A DNA stretch of 64,000 nt from assembly GCF_964355755.1 (NCBI RefSeq), contig NC_092670.1, positions 29,314,388-29,378,387 of the forward strand. The letters run 5' to 3'. The position numbers and the translations under genes were made by a program. This document shows, piece by piece, positions 52,846 through 63,925 of the stretch. The notes under the pieces were generated by a model. That model saw only the letters and a list, made by a program, of their open reading frames with translations. It was not told where the DNA came from and made no database searches. The stretch's first letter is position 1; each line of letters starts with the position of its first letter. The DNA comes from Antedon mediterranea (Eukaryota > Animalia > Echinodermata).

Positions 52846-52973
52846 CTGCAAAAAACATTAATGACACAACGTCTTCTCGATTCTTTACCATGTGTATGAA
52901 CACAACATTTCAGGCAAACTTTTTTGAGTGATAATTCAAAATAGCCACCAAAATAGCCACATTTTACCACATG

Positions 52974-53050
52974 TACCGAATTTATTCGAATAAACGCCCG
53001 GGCGTTTATTTGGTCAGGAGGGTTTTAAGGGGGAGTTTATTTTTTAAATC
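52974..53050 (+). mobile_element. Tc1/mariner-pogo-like terminus
   Basis: TA|CCGAATTTATTCGAATAAACGCCCGGGCGTTTATT; partner end not found. Confidence 0.45.
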
Positions 53051-54967
53051 ACGGATGCCATCTAATTGGTGACCATGCCGGACGCGATTTCCAAACTTTT
53101 ATATTTTCTAGGGATCCGTTAACGTCGTGCTGTCTTTCATATTATTTACTGTCATTATTCAAGGGAAAACATTTATATATCGAGGTAGTTTCCCGTTGCC
53201 ATCCTTACAATTTAGCTAGAAGCTGTCATCGAGTTAAACTCATTTTTGTTTTATAGAAATCGTAGCCTTAGTACATAGCCATATCATGCCTTTTGTTGAC
53301 TTGTTCCAGCAACACCTTTTCTTTCAGGGATTGGTTCCTTGGTATAAACTTAATATTGATAGTCTTCAATCGCAAAAAAATCTTCTCAAAACAATAGTCT
53401 TTTTTCCTTTTTATTAGTAAATAAAATACAATAATATGTTATGTTACGTTATTTAACTGCCATGGCTTTAGACTGCGTTATACCTCTTCCTTATTGTTAA
53501 CCTTCTTCATTCGCTTATTCTCTTTGTTGAATTTCTTATTTCGAGTCATATTAGGCCTATGCTCTCTTGTAAATATAAATACCGATTCCAATTCCTGTAC
53601 TTCATAGAATACAATTTAAATCGGTCTATTGTTGCTTTCTTCTCTCTTTCATATTTTTAGATTTGTTTTTATTTTCTAATCATTGATATGGTATCGAATT
53701 TCTTCAAAATAGAACTTGTAATTTAAGTAAATCTACCTCTTTTACGATATACGACTATTTTATATAATTTCATCCATTTTGAAGCACACTTGTACAAAAC
53801 ATGTAAATTATTGTCACCATATTAGATTGAAAACAAGGTATTATATACAAATATGTTTTATGGTAGTCTATGAAGTCATATTTAATGGTTTTATTTCGGT
53901 TTCAAGTAGGCCTAATATGTATGGAAAAATATGATTGTGGACATTTTTAATTATCAACCCAACCTACCTCAGGATGTGCTTTTCTGTTCATACACCTGAT
54001 AAGAAATCAATAAGAAATTAATAATTAAAGACTGAAACAAAAATTCCAAAAACGATCTAAATTTTTACTTACTTTATATTGTTTAAATAATTTAAATGGC
54101 ATTTTTTTTTCTGCAAGAAGCCAAGGTATAATGTGAAAATATCGATGATTTTGTCCATTTATTCAATTCATCTTCTGCTGCTGTAGTTTCTTTTAGGTTA
54201 ATTACATATTCTGTGTAGGAATAAACGACATTCTATTGTTTCATACCAGCTGAAGCTTGTTTTTGTCAAATGACAAGTGCCAAACAAAATATTACTATAA
54301 TTAAAATTACCTTTTATAGACAATTTACAAACTGTTACCACAACTTGTACTGCAAAATAACTAAAATAAGACGAAGAGGTTTGGAACAAACAAGACAGCA
54401 AATACAATGTGTACTATGCATAGAAGCACGAGCTCCTTTTAATTTCCATCCACAATATTAGCATGTATGATTAAAATACCACAAAACCATAATAATCATA
54501 ATCGTCCTCGTTTCTAAATATGGTCTATATTTAACAGTCAATCAATCTCTAGAAGTATAATATATACTGTGCCGTTTTCTCCATAGATAGCCTACCATCT
54601 CCGACTTGTACCGTCTCGTGAGTGTGTCCCCTAACTCTCCTCCCAGCACAGCCTTTAAATACCGCGCATAACAATTCTGATTCGTCCGCTTGTGGGCGAT
54701 ACATTGGCATGCGACACATGACTATTATTGTGACAATACGTAAATCATGCAAAGCTATAAATGGAAAGTTTCATTCTGTAGGCCTATATGAAACTGTGTA
54801 GTCCTACTAATTAAATTACTTTCACTTTTCTTGAAACATTTTCCACAAAGTATTCATGTAGTTTTACATGCAACGTCAGTAGCAAAAGTAATAATGATGT
54901 GTAACCGTGGAAGGAATAACACTTACGCCATACAAGCAACGTAAAGGCTGGTGTCCTGTCCACGTAA

Positions 54968-55146
54968 AGCTTGGTTCCCACTAGAACGTAACGCAAGGAC
55001 GTAAACGCAACGTAAGCGTGTTGACCAATGACAAGCGAAGTTATAGACAGTTAGCAATCAAAAACGAATAAGCCATCGCTTGTGATTGGTCAATTCACTT
55101 GCGTTGCGTTACGTCCTTGCGTTGCGTCGCTAGTGGGAACCACGCT
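54968..55146. mobile_element. Palindromic PIF/Harbinger MITE
   Basis: TIR of about 65 bp: agcttggttcccactag...acgcaaggacgtaa / ttacgtccttgcgt...ctagtgggaaccacgct; TAA TSD on both sides. Confidence 0.9.
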
Positions 55147-55726
55147 TAAAGCGTTTCATCTTTTATGCATTTTATCTTTGACATGTTTTATGATTTTTAT
55201 GTTTTTTTGATGAATAAAATGAATGAAATGAAATGAAATGCAACACACAAAAAATTAAGACTATGTAAAAAGTATAATACTAATATAAAAACACCACCCG
55301 TAACCTTCAAATAATAATAAAAACAACATTCCAAGTCTCTACAGTAGTCATAATGTCGCAGTTATAAACATACAAAACCAAAACCGAGATAAACACATTT
55401 TAATTGTAATTAAACTGTCTCTTTCATTTCATTATTTCCTAAGCGGCGTTAACATTTTAAGTAGACTATTGATGTGTAAATGTACTGTGCATAATACGAA
55501 TGATGGAATTACTTGATACCATTCTTACAGATTTTCCTTTGTCAGATACAATAATGCAGAGGTAATATTTAATCAATCGTATAATAGTAGTGATTATTAA
55601 TCTCACTGTGAAAGATTTTTCATTTGGAGGTAGGCTTATATAATTTTAATGCATTTCAACTTCATATAACGATACTTATAATCATTGTTCTACGTTATTT
55701 AAAGGCTAGACATGAATTAATCGCAT

Positions 55727-56348
55727 AACTCAAGCATTCCCATAACCCATCTCAAGAGTCTGGTTACTACTTTATGTCAAGTTACAGGTGGATTTGGAGA
55801 AAAGGTGTATAACTGGACATTACATGGTTTTATTGATTATGGTGGTATGCTGAATCATGACAATGAGTCTGGTGAGTACTGATGCACAGATCAACTGTGA
55901 TGAGTAAGGATTAAAACTAAGACATCCCAACACGACCTTAAACAAATTCATAACCGGCAGATCAAGTAATGTCATCGAAAAAGTTCATTTGTTTATATTG
56001 ATAATGGCTACAGTCATTACCATACTATTTGCTGTACGTATGATTCTTTACGTACTAAACAAAATCCGAAGACCGCCTGAACCACTAACAGTGTATTACC
56101 AAAGCAACAGTGCAACCGTTCACGGTATTCCAGAAATATCACAAGTAAGTGCAGATGACGTGGCGTACAGTACAATTACTGATAGTGCAGCAGCAGAGAC
56201 GAGTGAAGATACTGACGTGTACTATAATCTTGTAGATACAGATGTTATAACTGACACTGAGGACAGGTGTACAAATGCAGAAGCTAGCAACAGAAATATC
56301 AACAGAAATGGTGTATCAGAACCATATTATTTCATACTGGAATCGTAA
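55727..56348 (+). pseudogene. Decayed single-pass receptor: Ig-like motifs, TM helix, tyrosine-motif tail
   Basis: Frame from 55727 reads ...TLCQVTGGFGEKVYNWT...DNESGEY*C. In another frame, ORF 55989-56348 has TM LFILIMATVITILFAVRMILYVL, then KIRR, VAYSTI, VYYNLV and EPYYFILES. Confidence 0.45.
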
Positions 56349-56909
56349 CACAAATTAATAAACAATGATGTAATGTTAACTAGTTTTCATATTTTGACAT
56401 TACTTTGTACGGCCGCAAAACCAAATAAACTAATATTATCTGTTGACTATTGCTAGAAATATATTTTCATTACTTAGAGATAACAGAAAACTACTGCATA
56501 TTGGCATTTGGTTTTATTTTATTTAGTTTTATAACATATAGGAAAGTGTTATGTAACAAAAAGTATTATTTAATACATGCTGTAATATTTAAATACAATA
56601 GTGTTTCGGATTTATAGAAATTATTAATTGCTTTTTTTATGGATACGTGCAAACATGTTTTTTCCCCCCAAAAAATATTTGGAATTTTTAGTTGATACGG
56701 GTATGTATATAGATTTATCCTTCTAAACTTATATTGTCAGTTGAGTAAACAATAATTGATAGGTGAGGTACTTCCGTAAGAACTTTGTCTACAAAATGGA
56801 TTTTAACATTAATTCATCGAAGAATCTCAAGTTCATCAGTAGTACACTGTCTTATGAAAATGATGTACATTAACCCTGTAACGGTCATTTGAAAGGATTG
56901 ATTGATTTA

Positions 56910-58183
56910 TCTATATATAAATTTACGTAAGGGCAAAATTCGATAAATCGCGGTTTATTTCTAAAATTTTTACTCGATGGTATATAAAATTGGTTCGTAC
57001 TTTCGGTACTGATTTTAACCACCTGATGTAACCCTGTTTACTAATTAAATTGAGTTAGATAATTAGTTATTGACGATTAAAACGAATTTAGGTTCAACGA
57101 TTTGCCCCAAATAGGGGTGTTTTCCGATCGTGGTATACACTGTCTAATGGATGTCCAACTTGAAATATACCCGCACACAATAATACTAGGACGCTTCGCA
57201 TTTTCCTATCTCCTCCTACGATAATTGTTTTTAATAGCTGAAAACCGGTTGAACTGCCCGAGTACAGAATCATAATGTTGAAGACAGGCCGATTTTCTTT
57301 AAAAAATACTATTTTGATAGATTTAATTTACGTTTTTACAAATGTATTGATTTGCGATGAATGGAACATTCCAATCTCTCAGTCTGCCAGTTTGGTTTAA
57401 CACAAGTAGGTGAATTTATGAGCCCTTGGAGAATAAACTTGCAATACTTTGACAATACAGTACTGCAAATACCTATTAACCATTTTTGGTCGTCATTTGA
57501 ATCGAACATTTCTTACTGTGAATACTGTTAGATGTAAAAAAATATATACAAATAAACTTTATTACTGTGATTATGGGTAGGCTCTACTGTTAGATATATA
57601 AACACGTAATATACAAATAAACTTTATTACTGACAGTTGCTTCTCAACGTTTGCATTAATTAATAATTACAAAAAAATATAAACGTCGTAGTGGTGTATC
57701 GTTACATGTACTTTACTATTTCAATCGACTATGACAGTGACAGTTTTAACAAAGTATTAAATCGCAAATGTTTTACTATATTTAGTCACCGTTAGTGGTA
57801 TATTATTTATAGGCCTATAAAAAATGAAAACAATATTTCGTTACTGACGTGGATAAAGAATATATTTAAAAATTGTTCCTCTTTGTACCTATCCTCTTTC
57901 CCATCCCTCAACCCTAATTGGGTTTCTTTAAATGAATAAACAATTTGGACTCATTTTGTGGTAAGTTTCTCTTTCGGAAGTAATTCCCAGGGTGCTAATT
58001 TTGGTTGACTACATAAATCATTGTGTCTACTTATTCGTTTCTGTAAACGGCAATGTATTATATAGTCCTGCGGTACGTGCATTTAAAATCGCCAGATTTT
58101 TTACCCTGAAATTACTGTGTATTCGAGAACCATCTGTGGGCACGACCTAGATGGTACGCGAGCGAAGCGAGCGTACCATCTAG
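56910..58183 (+). mobile_element. Probable non-autonomous Helitron
   Basis: A|TCTATATATA 5' end; 3' hairpin CTAGATGGTACGC-GAGCGAAGCGA-GCGTACCATCTAG ending CTAG|T (A-T target, no TSD). The 5' boundary is less certain. Confidence 0.55.
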
Positions 58184-58283
58184 TACTAATAATTATACTA
58201 ATGTTAAATATTCTACAGCTTTATTAAAAAAAGTATGATATTTCTCGAATAAATTTAGCATGAGTATTATATATATTTATAAA

Positions 58284-58446
58284 TGATGAAGGGCTATAGT
58301 GTTGCCCGAAAGCTCAGCTAACTTTTCTGGCTGTTTTACTTTATCATTTTGATTTAGCTTTTCGCTTTTTTTTGTATCTCCATTGAGATCCAGCCACTGA
58401 TACCCACAGCATTGTCATTTTTTCAGTAATTTGCCATTGGATTTAT
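58284..58446 (+). mobile_element. Penelope-like / retrozyme-type repeat, copy 2 (hammerhead 5'-truncated)
   Basis: TGATGAA GGGC tatagtgtt GCCC GAAA GCTC plus the same downstream ~130 bp as copy 1; (TA)n on both sides. Confidence 0.65.
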
Positions 58447-58521
58447 AAATATATATATACATATACTGTTCTTTGCCTGATTTGATGACGCTACGGCATA
58501 AGTCAGGTTATCATATTAACG

Positions 58522-58839
58522 ATGTTTTGTAAGTTTGTAGAAAAATCGAACAGCACTGTTGATGAAAAAAATGAAGTATCTGATGGCCAAGGTATGCTGC
58601 CATTCGGTATTATTGTCTGTGTCATTGGCGTAATATCGATTATCGGAAATATAATCGTTGTGATTGTCTATCATAGTATGAAACATGCAAAAATATAATC
58701 ACGAAAAGTATTGATCTCAAATCATGCTGTTGTAGATACTTGGATTGGAGTGACATGTTTCGTAGTAATAACAATCTGGAGCAACTTGTATGGTCACAAA
58801 GCTAATGTAAAAAACACTGATCCAGCGTTCGATATTTTT
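58522..58839 (+). pseudogene. Rhodopsin-class (class A) GPCR first exon (N-term, TM1, TM2) with an in-frame stop
   Basis: MFCKFVEKSNSTVDEKNEVSDGQGMLPFGIIVCVIGVISIIGNIIVVIVYHSMKHAKI*SRKVLISNHAVVDTWIGVTCF...DIF|gtaagt. NST sequon, TM1 GNxxV, TM2 NxAxxD, TAA at 58696. Confidence 0.7.
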
Positions 58840-59829
58840 GTAAGTTTATACAAAGTTGGTCGCTTTGCTTATTAGAAGCGGCCTACGGCTTAAATCATAA
58901 AGAAAAGAAAATACAGTGCATGTTACCGTTAAAATATAGGCTTAAAAATGAGGCATGTACGAGTTGGTGTGGGTACGCATACACGCCGCCGCACGAATAG
59001 TAAAACGTGTTTTCGAGTACACACGTACGTGCGGAGAGAACTGAATTGGATTTTGTGTTCGGATAGCAGAAGGCAAATAGCCCATACACATTTTGTTACC
59101 ACTGTATACAACAACTGACAATATTAAAAATTAATATTGATCATGGCGAACTTAAATCAGCCAGAACCATTAAATATATCGACAAATCTATTTCCAACCT
59201 AACAAAAAGTTGAAACTACAAGTGGATGCATCCCTGATTGGAGTGGGAGCAGCACTCATACAAGACGAAAAAATTGTTGCGTTTACATCAAAGGCATTAA
59301 CAGAAGCGGAACAAAGATATGCGAACATTGAAAGAGAACTACTGGCGGTAGTGTACACAGTAGAGAAGTTCCACACATATGTGTGTATGGAAACTCATTC
59401 ATTGTGGAATCAGACCACAAACCATTAGAGATGATCCAACTAAAAATTTAATGTGTGCACCACCAAGACTACAAAGACTACTAATGAGACTACAAGGATA
59501 TGATCTGACAATCAAGTATAAACCAGGCAAAGAAATGGTCCTGGCAGATGCCATGTCTAGATTAAACCCTATAAATGACAGCCAAATCGAACAAGAAGTA
59601 AAGATACAACTGTCATATTTCTCAGAGGCCAAAGAAGAAGAAATAAGGCAGAAGACCAAGGAAGACCTAACTCTCATAAAATTGGGAAGTATAATACGGG
59701 AAGTACCGTATAATACAGCAAGGCTGGCCAGACAAACTAAAATCTGTACATAAGACAATAAGACCATACTTCCCATACAGGGATGAACTCACAACAGAGA
59801 ACGGAATAATACTAAAGGGTAACAGAGTA

Positions 59830-62460
59830 GTGATCCCAGAAGTCATGAGACAGGACATCCTAAAACAACTACACACATCCCACTTAGGCATAACCAAGTG
59901 TCAACTGATGGCTAAAACATCAATCCATTGGCCCAGTATTAATGAGGAAATAGAAAACATGATAAAAGCATGCCCATCATGCCAAAAACACAAACACAAA
60001 CAACAACATGAACCAATGTTGAAGAGAAAAATCCCTACCAAAGAATGGGAAATACTCGCAGCTGACCTATTCTACATAAATAGAGTAGAATACCTCCTAA
60101 TAGCAGATTATTATACCAAATATCCAATCATAAGAAAAATACCGGCAGGCCAATCAAACAGTGAAACAGTTATATCATTAATAAAAAATGTCTTCTCAGA
60201 GTTTGGGATGGTTCAAGAATTGATTACCGACAACGGACCACACTTCAACAGTGAACAATTCAAACAGTTTAGCAAAGATTGGAAATTCATACACAAAACC
60301 ACAAGTCCTCACCACCATGAAGGAAATGGATTCATTAACATCGAACAATTTAAACGAGAGCTTAGCGTAATAACATGGAACGATGTGAACTTATTGCAAG
60401 AACCTAATCAAGCTTATAATACTTTTGAAACTAAATTAAAACTTTTATATAATAAACATTTTCCAATGACTACGCAAAGTAATAAAAACACAAAATTAAA
60501 ACCTTGGATGTCAAATGGTTTGTTGCAATCTACTAAATATAAACACAAGTTATATGCTAAATACCTAAATAATCCTACCAATCATAATAAAATAAAATAC
60601 ACTAAATTCCGTAATACCTTAAATTCACTTATTAAACGTGTTAAAACCGAATACTATCAAAACAGATTTACTCAATGTCAACATGATATTAAAGGTACAT
60701 GGCGCGTAATCAACTCCTTGATTAAAAGGTCTCCGAATTTGAATACGAAAGTTGTTCTAACAGGCAATAATGGTGAATCTATTGAAGACCCGTCTCAAAT
60801 CGCAAATGAATTCAATAAGTTTTTTGTTGAAATTGGACCAACTCTTTCAAAAAAATTGCCAACCGATCAATCTGATTTTAAAACGTATTTGCCCTTACCT
60901 ACTTTAAACTCTTTATTTATGTGTCCAGTGTCTGATACAGAAATTATAGATATTGTCAAGTGTTTTAAAACTAATAAAGCGCAAGGACTTGATGAATTCA
61001 GTCCAAAGGTTATTAAACAATCAATTTCCCTTTTGGTTAAACCTCTATGTCACATATTTAATCTGTCTTTAACAAAAGGAGTTTTTCCAAATAAATTGAA
61101 ATTGGCAAGAGTTACTCCCATCTTTAAAGCAGGAAAAAAGGACACTTTATCTAATTACCGACCGATCTCAGTCCTTTCGCTATTTTCTAAAATATTAGAA
61201 AGAATTATCTATAATAGAACCTATGCCTTTATGGAAAAAAATAATATTCTATTCAATAAGCAATTTGGATTTCGCAAACATTTTGATACCGCAATGGCCT
61301 TAATTGATTTGTTCAATGAAATAATAGATGCATTTGAAAATGATGAGTTTGCAATTGGTGTTTTTGTCGATCTATCGAAAGCATTCGATACCATTAACCA
61401 TCCCATTCTTCTTTCAAAACTGTATCACTATGGTATTCGCGGTGTTCCTCTCGATTTATTTAAGAGCTATTTATCCAACCGCTACCAATGTACCAAGTTT
61501 TGTGATTCCCAATCTGACTATTTGCCTATTACCTGTGGAGTACCACAAGGTTCATTACTAGGTCCTCTTCTGTTTCTTTTATATGTGAATGATATTTACA
61601 ATTCGTCAGTATCTTTATCTTATTTTTTATATGCAGATGACACAACACTAATCTGTAAAAATCGACACTTAGAGTCGTTATTTAACACTGTAAATACAAG
61701 TTTAATTAATGTATCCGAATGGTTTCTGGCAAACAGCCTTTCTGTAAATCTAAAAAAGTGCAGCTATGTTTTGTTTAGAAGTAGTACGATGCCGATTAAA
61801 TTAGGTCCATTGCAAATTAAACTAAATGGTTCTGTTCTCCCCATGGTCAATCATGCTAAATTTCTGGGTGTATCCATTGATAGTCGTCTGACATGGAAAC
61901 CCCATGTTATTGAGACAGAAAACAAAATCTCAAAAAATATTGGTATAATTTGTAGACTGGCATCTTTTCTTCCACATCATATTCTCCGAACACTCTACTG
62001 CTCCCTTGTTTTGCCATATCTTTTATATTGCAATATCGTTTGGTGTAACACATTCCCATCTAATTTAAATAAACTTCAAATACTACAAAAGAAAATCATT
62101 CGAATAATTTCGAATGTTTCACCTAGAACTAGTACAGATCCTTTATTTCGTTCTCTCAAATTATTAAAATTAACAGATATTAATATTTTCCAACAATGTT
62201 TATTTATTTACAACAAAAGCCAAAATGCTCTTCTTCCATCTCATTTACGCGATATGTTTTCTCCCAATTATGAATTCCACGGCTATTCCACAAGAATCCT
62301 TAATAACCTTCATATTCCTAAACACAAAAAGACTTCTTTTCAACATAATATTAGATTTACTGGACCCAAGATATGGAACTCACTTCCTAACAAAATTACA
62401 ACTTCTGCAAACAAACATAGCTTCGTCTTTAACACTAAACAATATCTAATACAAAAGTAA
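59830..62460 (+). CDS. Chimeric 876-aa ORF: Gypsy integrase N/core fused in frame to LINE RT
   Basis: ORF track; junction EGNGF-INIEQFKRE at about 60334; begins at GTG with no evidence of expression. Confidence 0.6.
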   Translation: MIPEVMRQDILKQLHTSHLGITKCQLMAKTSIHWPSINEEIENMIKACPSCQKHKHKQQHEPMLKRKIPTKEWEILAADLFYINRVEYLLIADYYTKYPIIRKIPAGQSNSETVISLIKNVFSEFGMVQELITDNGPHFNSEQFKQFSKDWKFIHKTTSPHHHEGNGFINIEQFKRELSVITWNDVNLLQEPNQAYNTFETKLKLLYNKHFPMTTQSNKNTKLKPWMSNGLLQSTKYKHKLYAKYLNNPTNHNKIKYTKFRNTLNSLIKRVKTEYYQNRFTQCQHDIKGTWRVINSLIKRSPNLNTKVVLTGNNGESIEDPSQIANEFNKFFVEIGPTLSKKLPTDQSDFKTYLPLPTLNSLFMCPVSDTEIIDIVKCFKTNKAQGLDEFSPKVIKQSISLLVKPLCHIFNLSLTKGVFPNKLKLARVTPIFKAGKKDTLSNYRPISVLSLFSKILERIIYNRTYAFMEKNNILFNKQFGFRKHFDTAMALIDLFNEIIDAFENDEFAIGVFVDLSKAFDTINHPILLSKLYHYGIRGVPLDLFKSYLSNRYQCTKFCDSQSDYLPITCGVPQGSLLGPLLFLLYVNDIYNSSVSLSYFLYADDTTLICKNRHLESLFNTVNTSLINVSEWFLANSLSVNLKKCSYVLFRSSTMPIKLGPLQIKLNGSVLPMVNHAKFLGVSIDSRLTWKPHVIETENKISKNIGIICRLASFLPHHILRTLYCSLVLPYLLYCNIVWCNTFPSNLNKLQILQKKIIRIISNVSPRTSTDPLFRSLKLLKLTDINIFQQCLFIYNKSQNALLPSHLRDMFSPNYEFHGYSTRILNNLHIPKHKKTSFQHNIRFTGPKIWNSLPNKITTSANKHSFVFNTKQYLIQK

Positions 62461-62781
62461 ATTAATTAACTAGTTATATTCTAGGTATCAGTTTTTATTG
62501 TTTTCATATTCCGTTATGGTAATTACTTTATTCCTATATACCATTTACTATTATTTACTAATTTGATTTTAGTTACTTTTTGTTTTGTTCAGGCACTTTC
62601 AACACAAGCTTTTGCTTTTTAGAAATTGTGCCTCCTTCATAATATTGTTTTATTCATTTTAAAGATGAGAAAAAAAAAATTGTATTGTTTTAACTATCTT
62701 TCTTCTCGTCATGAATTTTGTATTATTATTTATTTTGTATATTATGAAGGAAATAAATGTTACTATGAATGAATGAAAAAA
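60334..62781 (+). mobile_element. Young 5'-truncated CR1/L2-group LINE inserted in the Gypsy integrase
   Basis: About 700 uninterrupted codons: KPWMS, NYRPISVL, KQFGFR, DLSKAFDTINH, GVPQGSLLGPLLF, YADDT, IWNSLP; 3' UTR, AATAAA, (ATGA)n+A tail. Confidence 0.93.
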
Positions 62782-63764
62782 ATCGAACGAATGGTTCAAA
62801 CAGTGAAGTCAACCATCATCAAAGCTCAGCACAACAACACAGATGTTGATAAAGCTTTACTATACATGCGAGCAACTCCAGTCGACTCAAAACTTGCTTC
62901 ACCCGGAATGATGATATTTCACAGAGGACAAAAAACAGAACTTCCAACAAACAATGAAAAAATGCCATACAAAACCACTTCAACCAATAAAGGGAGGCGA
63001 AAGCGTGAGAATCCGACACTCTGACAAAAACCCACAGTGGATCCCAGCGAATATACTAAACAAAACAAGTCCACGTTCGTACAGAGTACTGACAGAAAAC
63101 CAGAAAACACTAAGAAGAAACCGAACACACATCCGCAAAACAAACGAACACTTCACACACACAATACTAGAAACACCACTTACTCATTACAAGACCATCA
63201 TCATGCTCTAGCAGTGGCAGAAAAATTAAGAAACCAAATAGATTAGATTTGGAAATAAAACTTATAATTGATTTATGATGATCGTAATATGATTGATAAA
63301 TGAGACTCAAAGTTTAATTATATTTGTATACCATTATGAGTAATTAAAGAAAAGGGATGTTATATGATGGCATCATATATTATGATGTCGCCCTCTATAG
63401 TATGTAGGATACCCATAAGGCAACACACCTCTAAACATGGCTTCAGTATAGAAGACCTAGTCTGGGCTCCAGACGGAGTTTTTTCTTAATACAGTATTAG
63501 TAAAAATATAAATATTTTTGCACATATGGCGTTTCATACGTGTATTACTTGAGTTTGTATTTTCAGACAAAAATCGCGGTCGAAATAAAAACAAATAAAT
63601 AAAAAAAAAACAATACAGACTTGGGGCAAGTCTATAGAAGACCCTACGAAGGATTGTTATACAATGATGTAAAATAATTAAAGAATAAAAGCATTGTGTT
63701 AATAGAAACGTCTCTCGTGTCATAAAGAATATTACACTACCCTCTAATAATAATAATGGAACGA

Positions 63765-63925
63765 TCCATTTGATGATCTGGGTTTTCTAGTTCCATTTTG
63801 GAACTAGAAAACTCAGATATTGATATCTGAGTTTTCTAGATCTAGAAAAGTCAGATATCTATGTTTTCTAGAAAACTCAGATATATCTGAGATCTGAGTT
63901 TTCTAGATCTGAGTTTTCTAGACAC
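63765..63925. repeat. Cluster of palindromic ctagaaaactcagatatctgagttttctag repeats
   Basis: Several direct and inverted copies; probably subterminal repeats of a DNA element inserted in the LTR. Confidence 0.7.

Noticed and set aside
58921-58960. TGTTACC as the start of the 5' LTR
   Set aside because: Does not match the sequence after the PPT at 63358 beyond TGTTA
59830-62460. 876-aa ORF as a new autonomous integrase-RT element
   Set aside because: The LINE 3' UTR/tail and the resumption of the integrase at 62782 explain it as a nested insertion; kept only as a chimera finding
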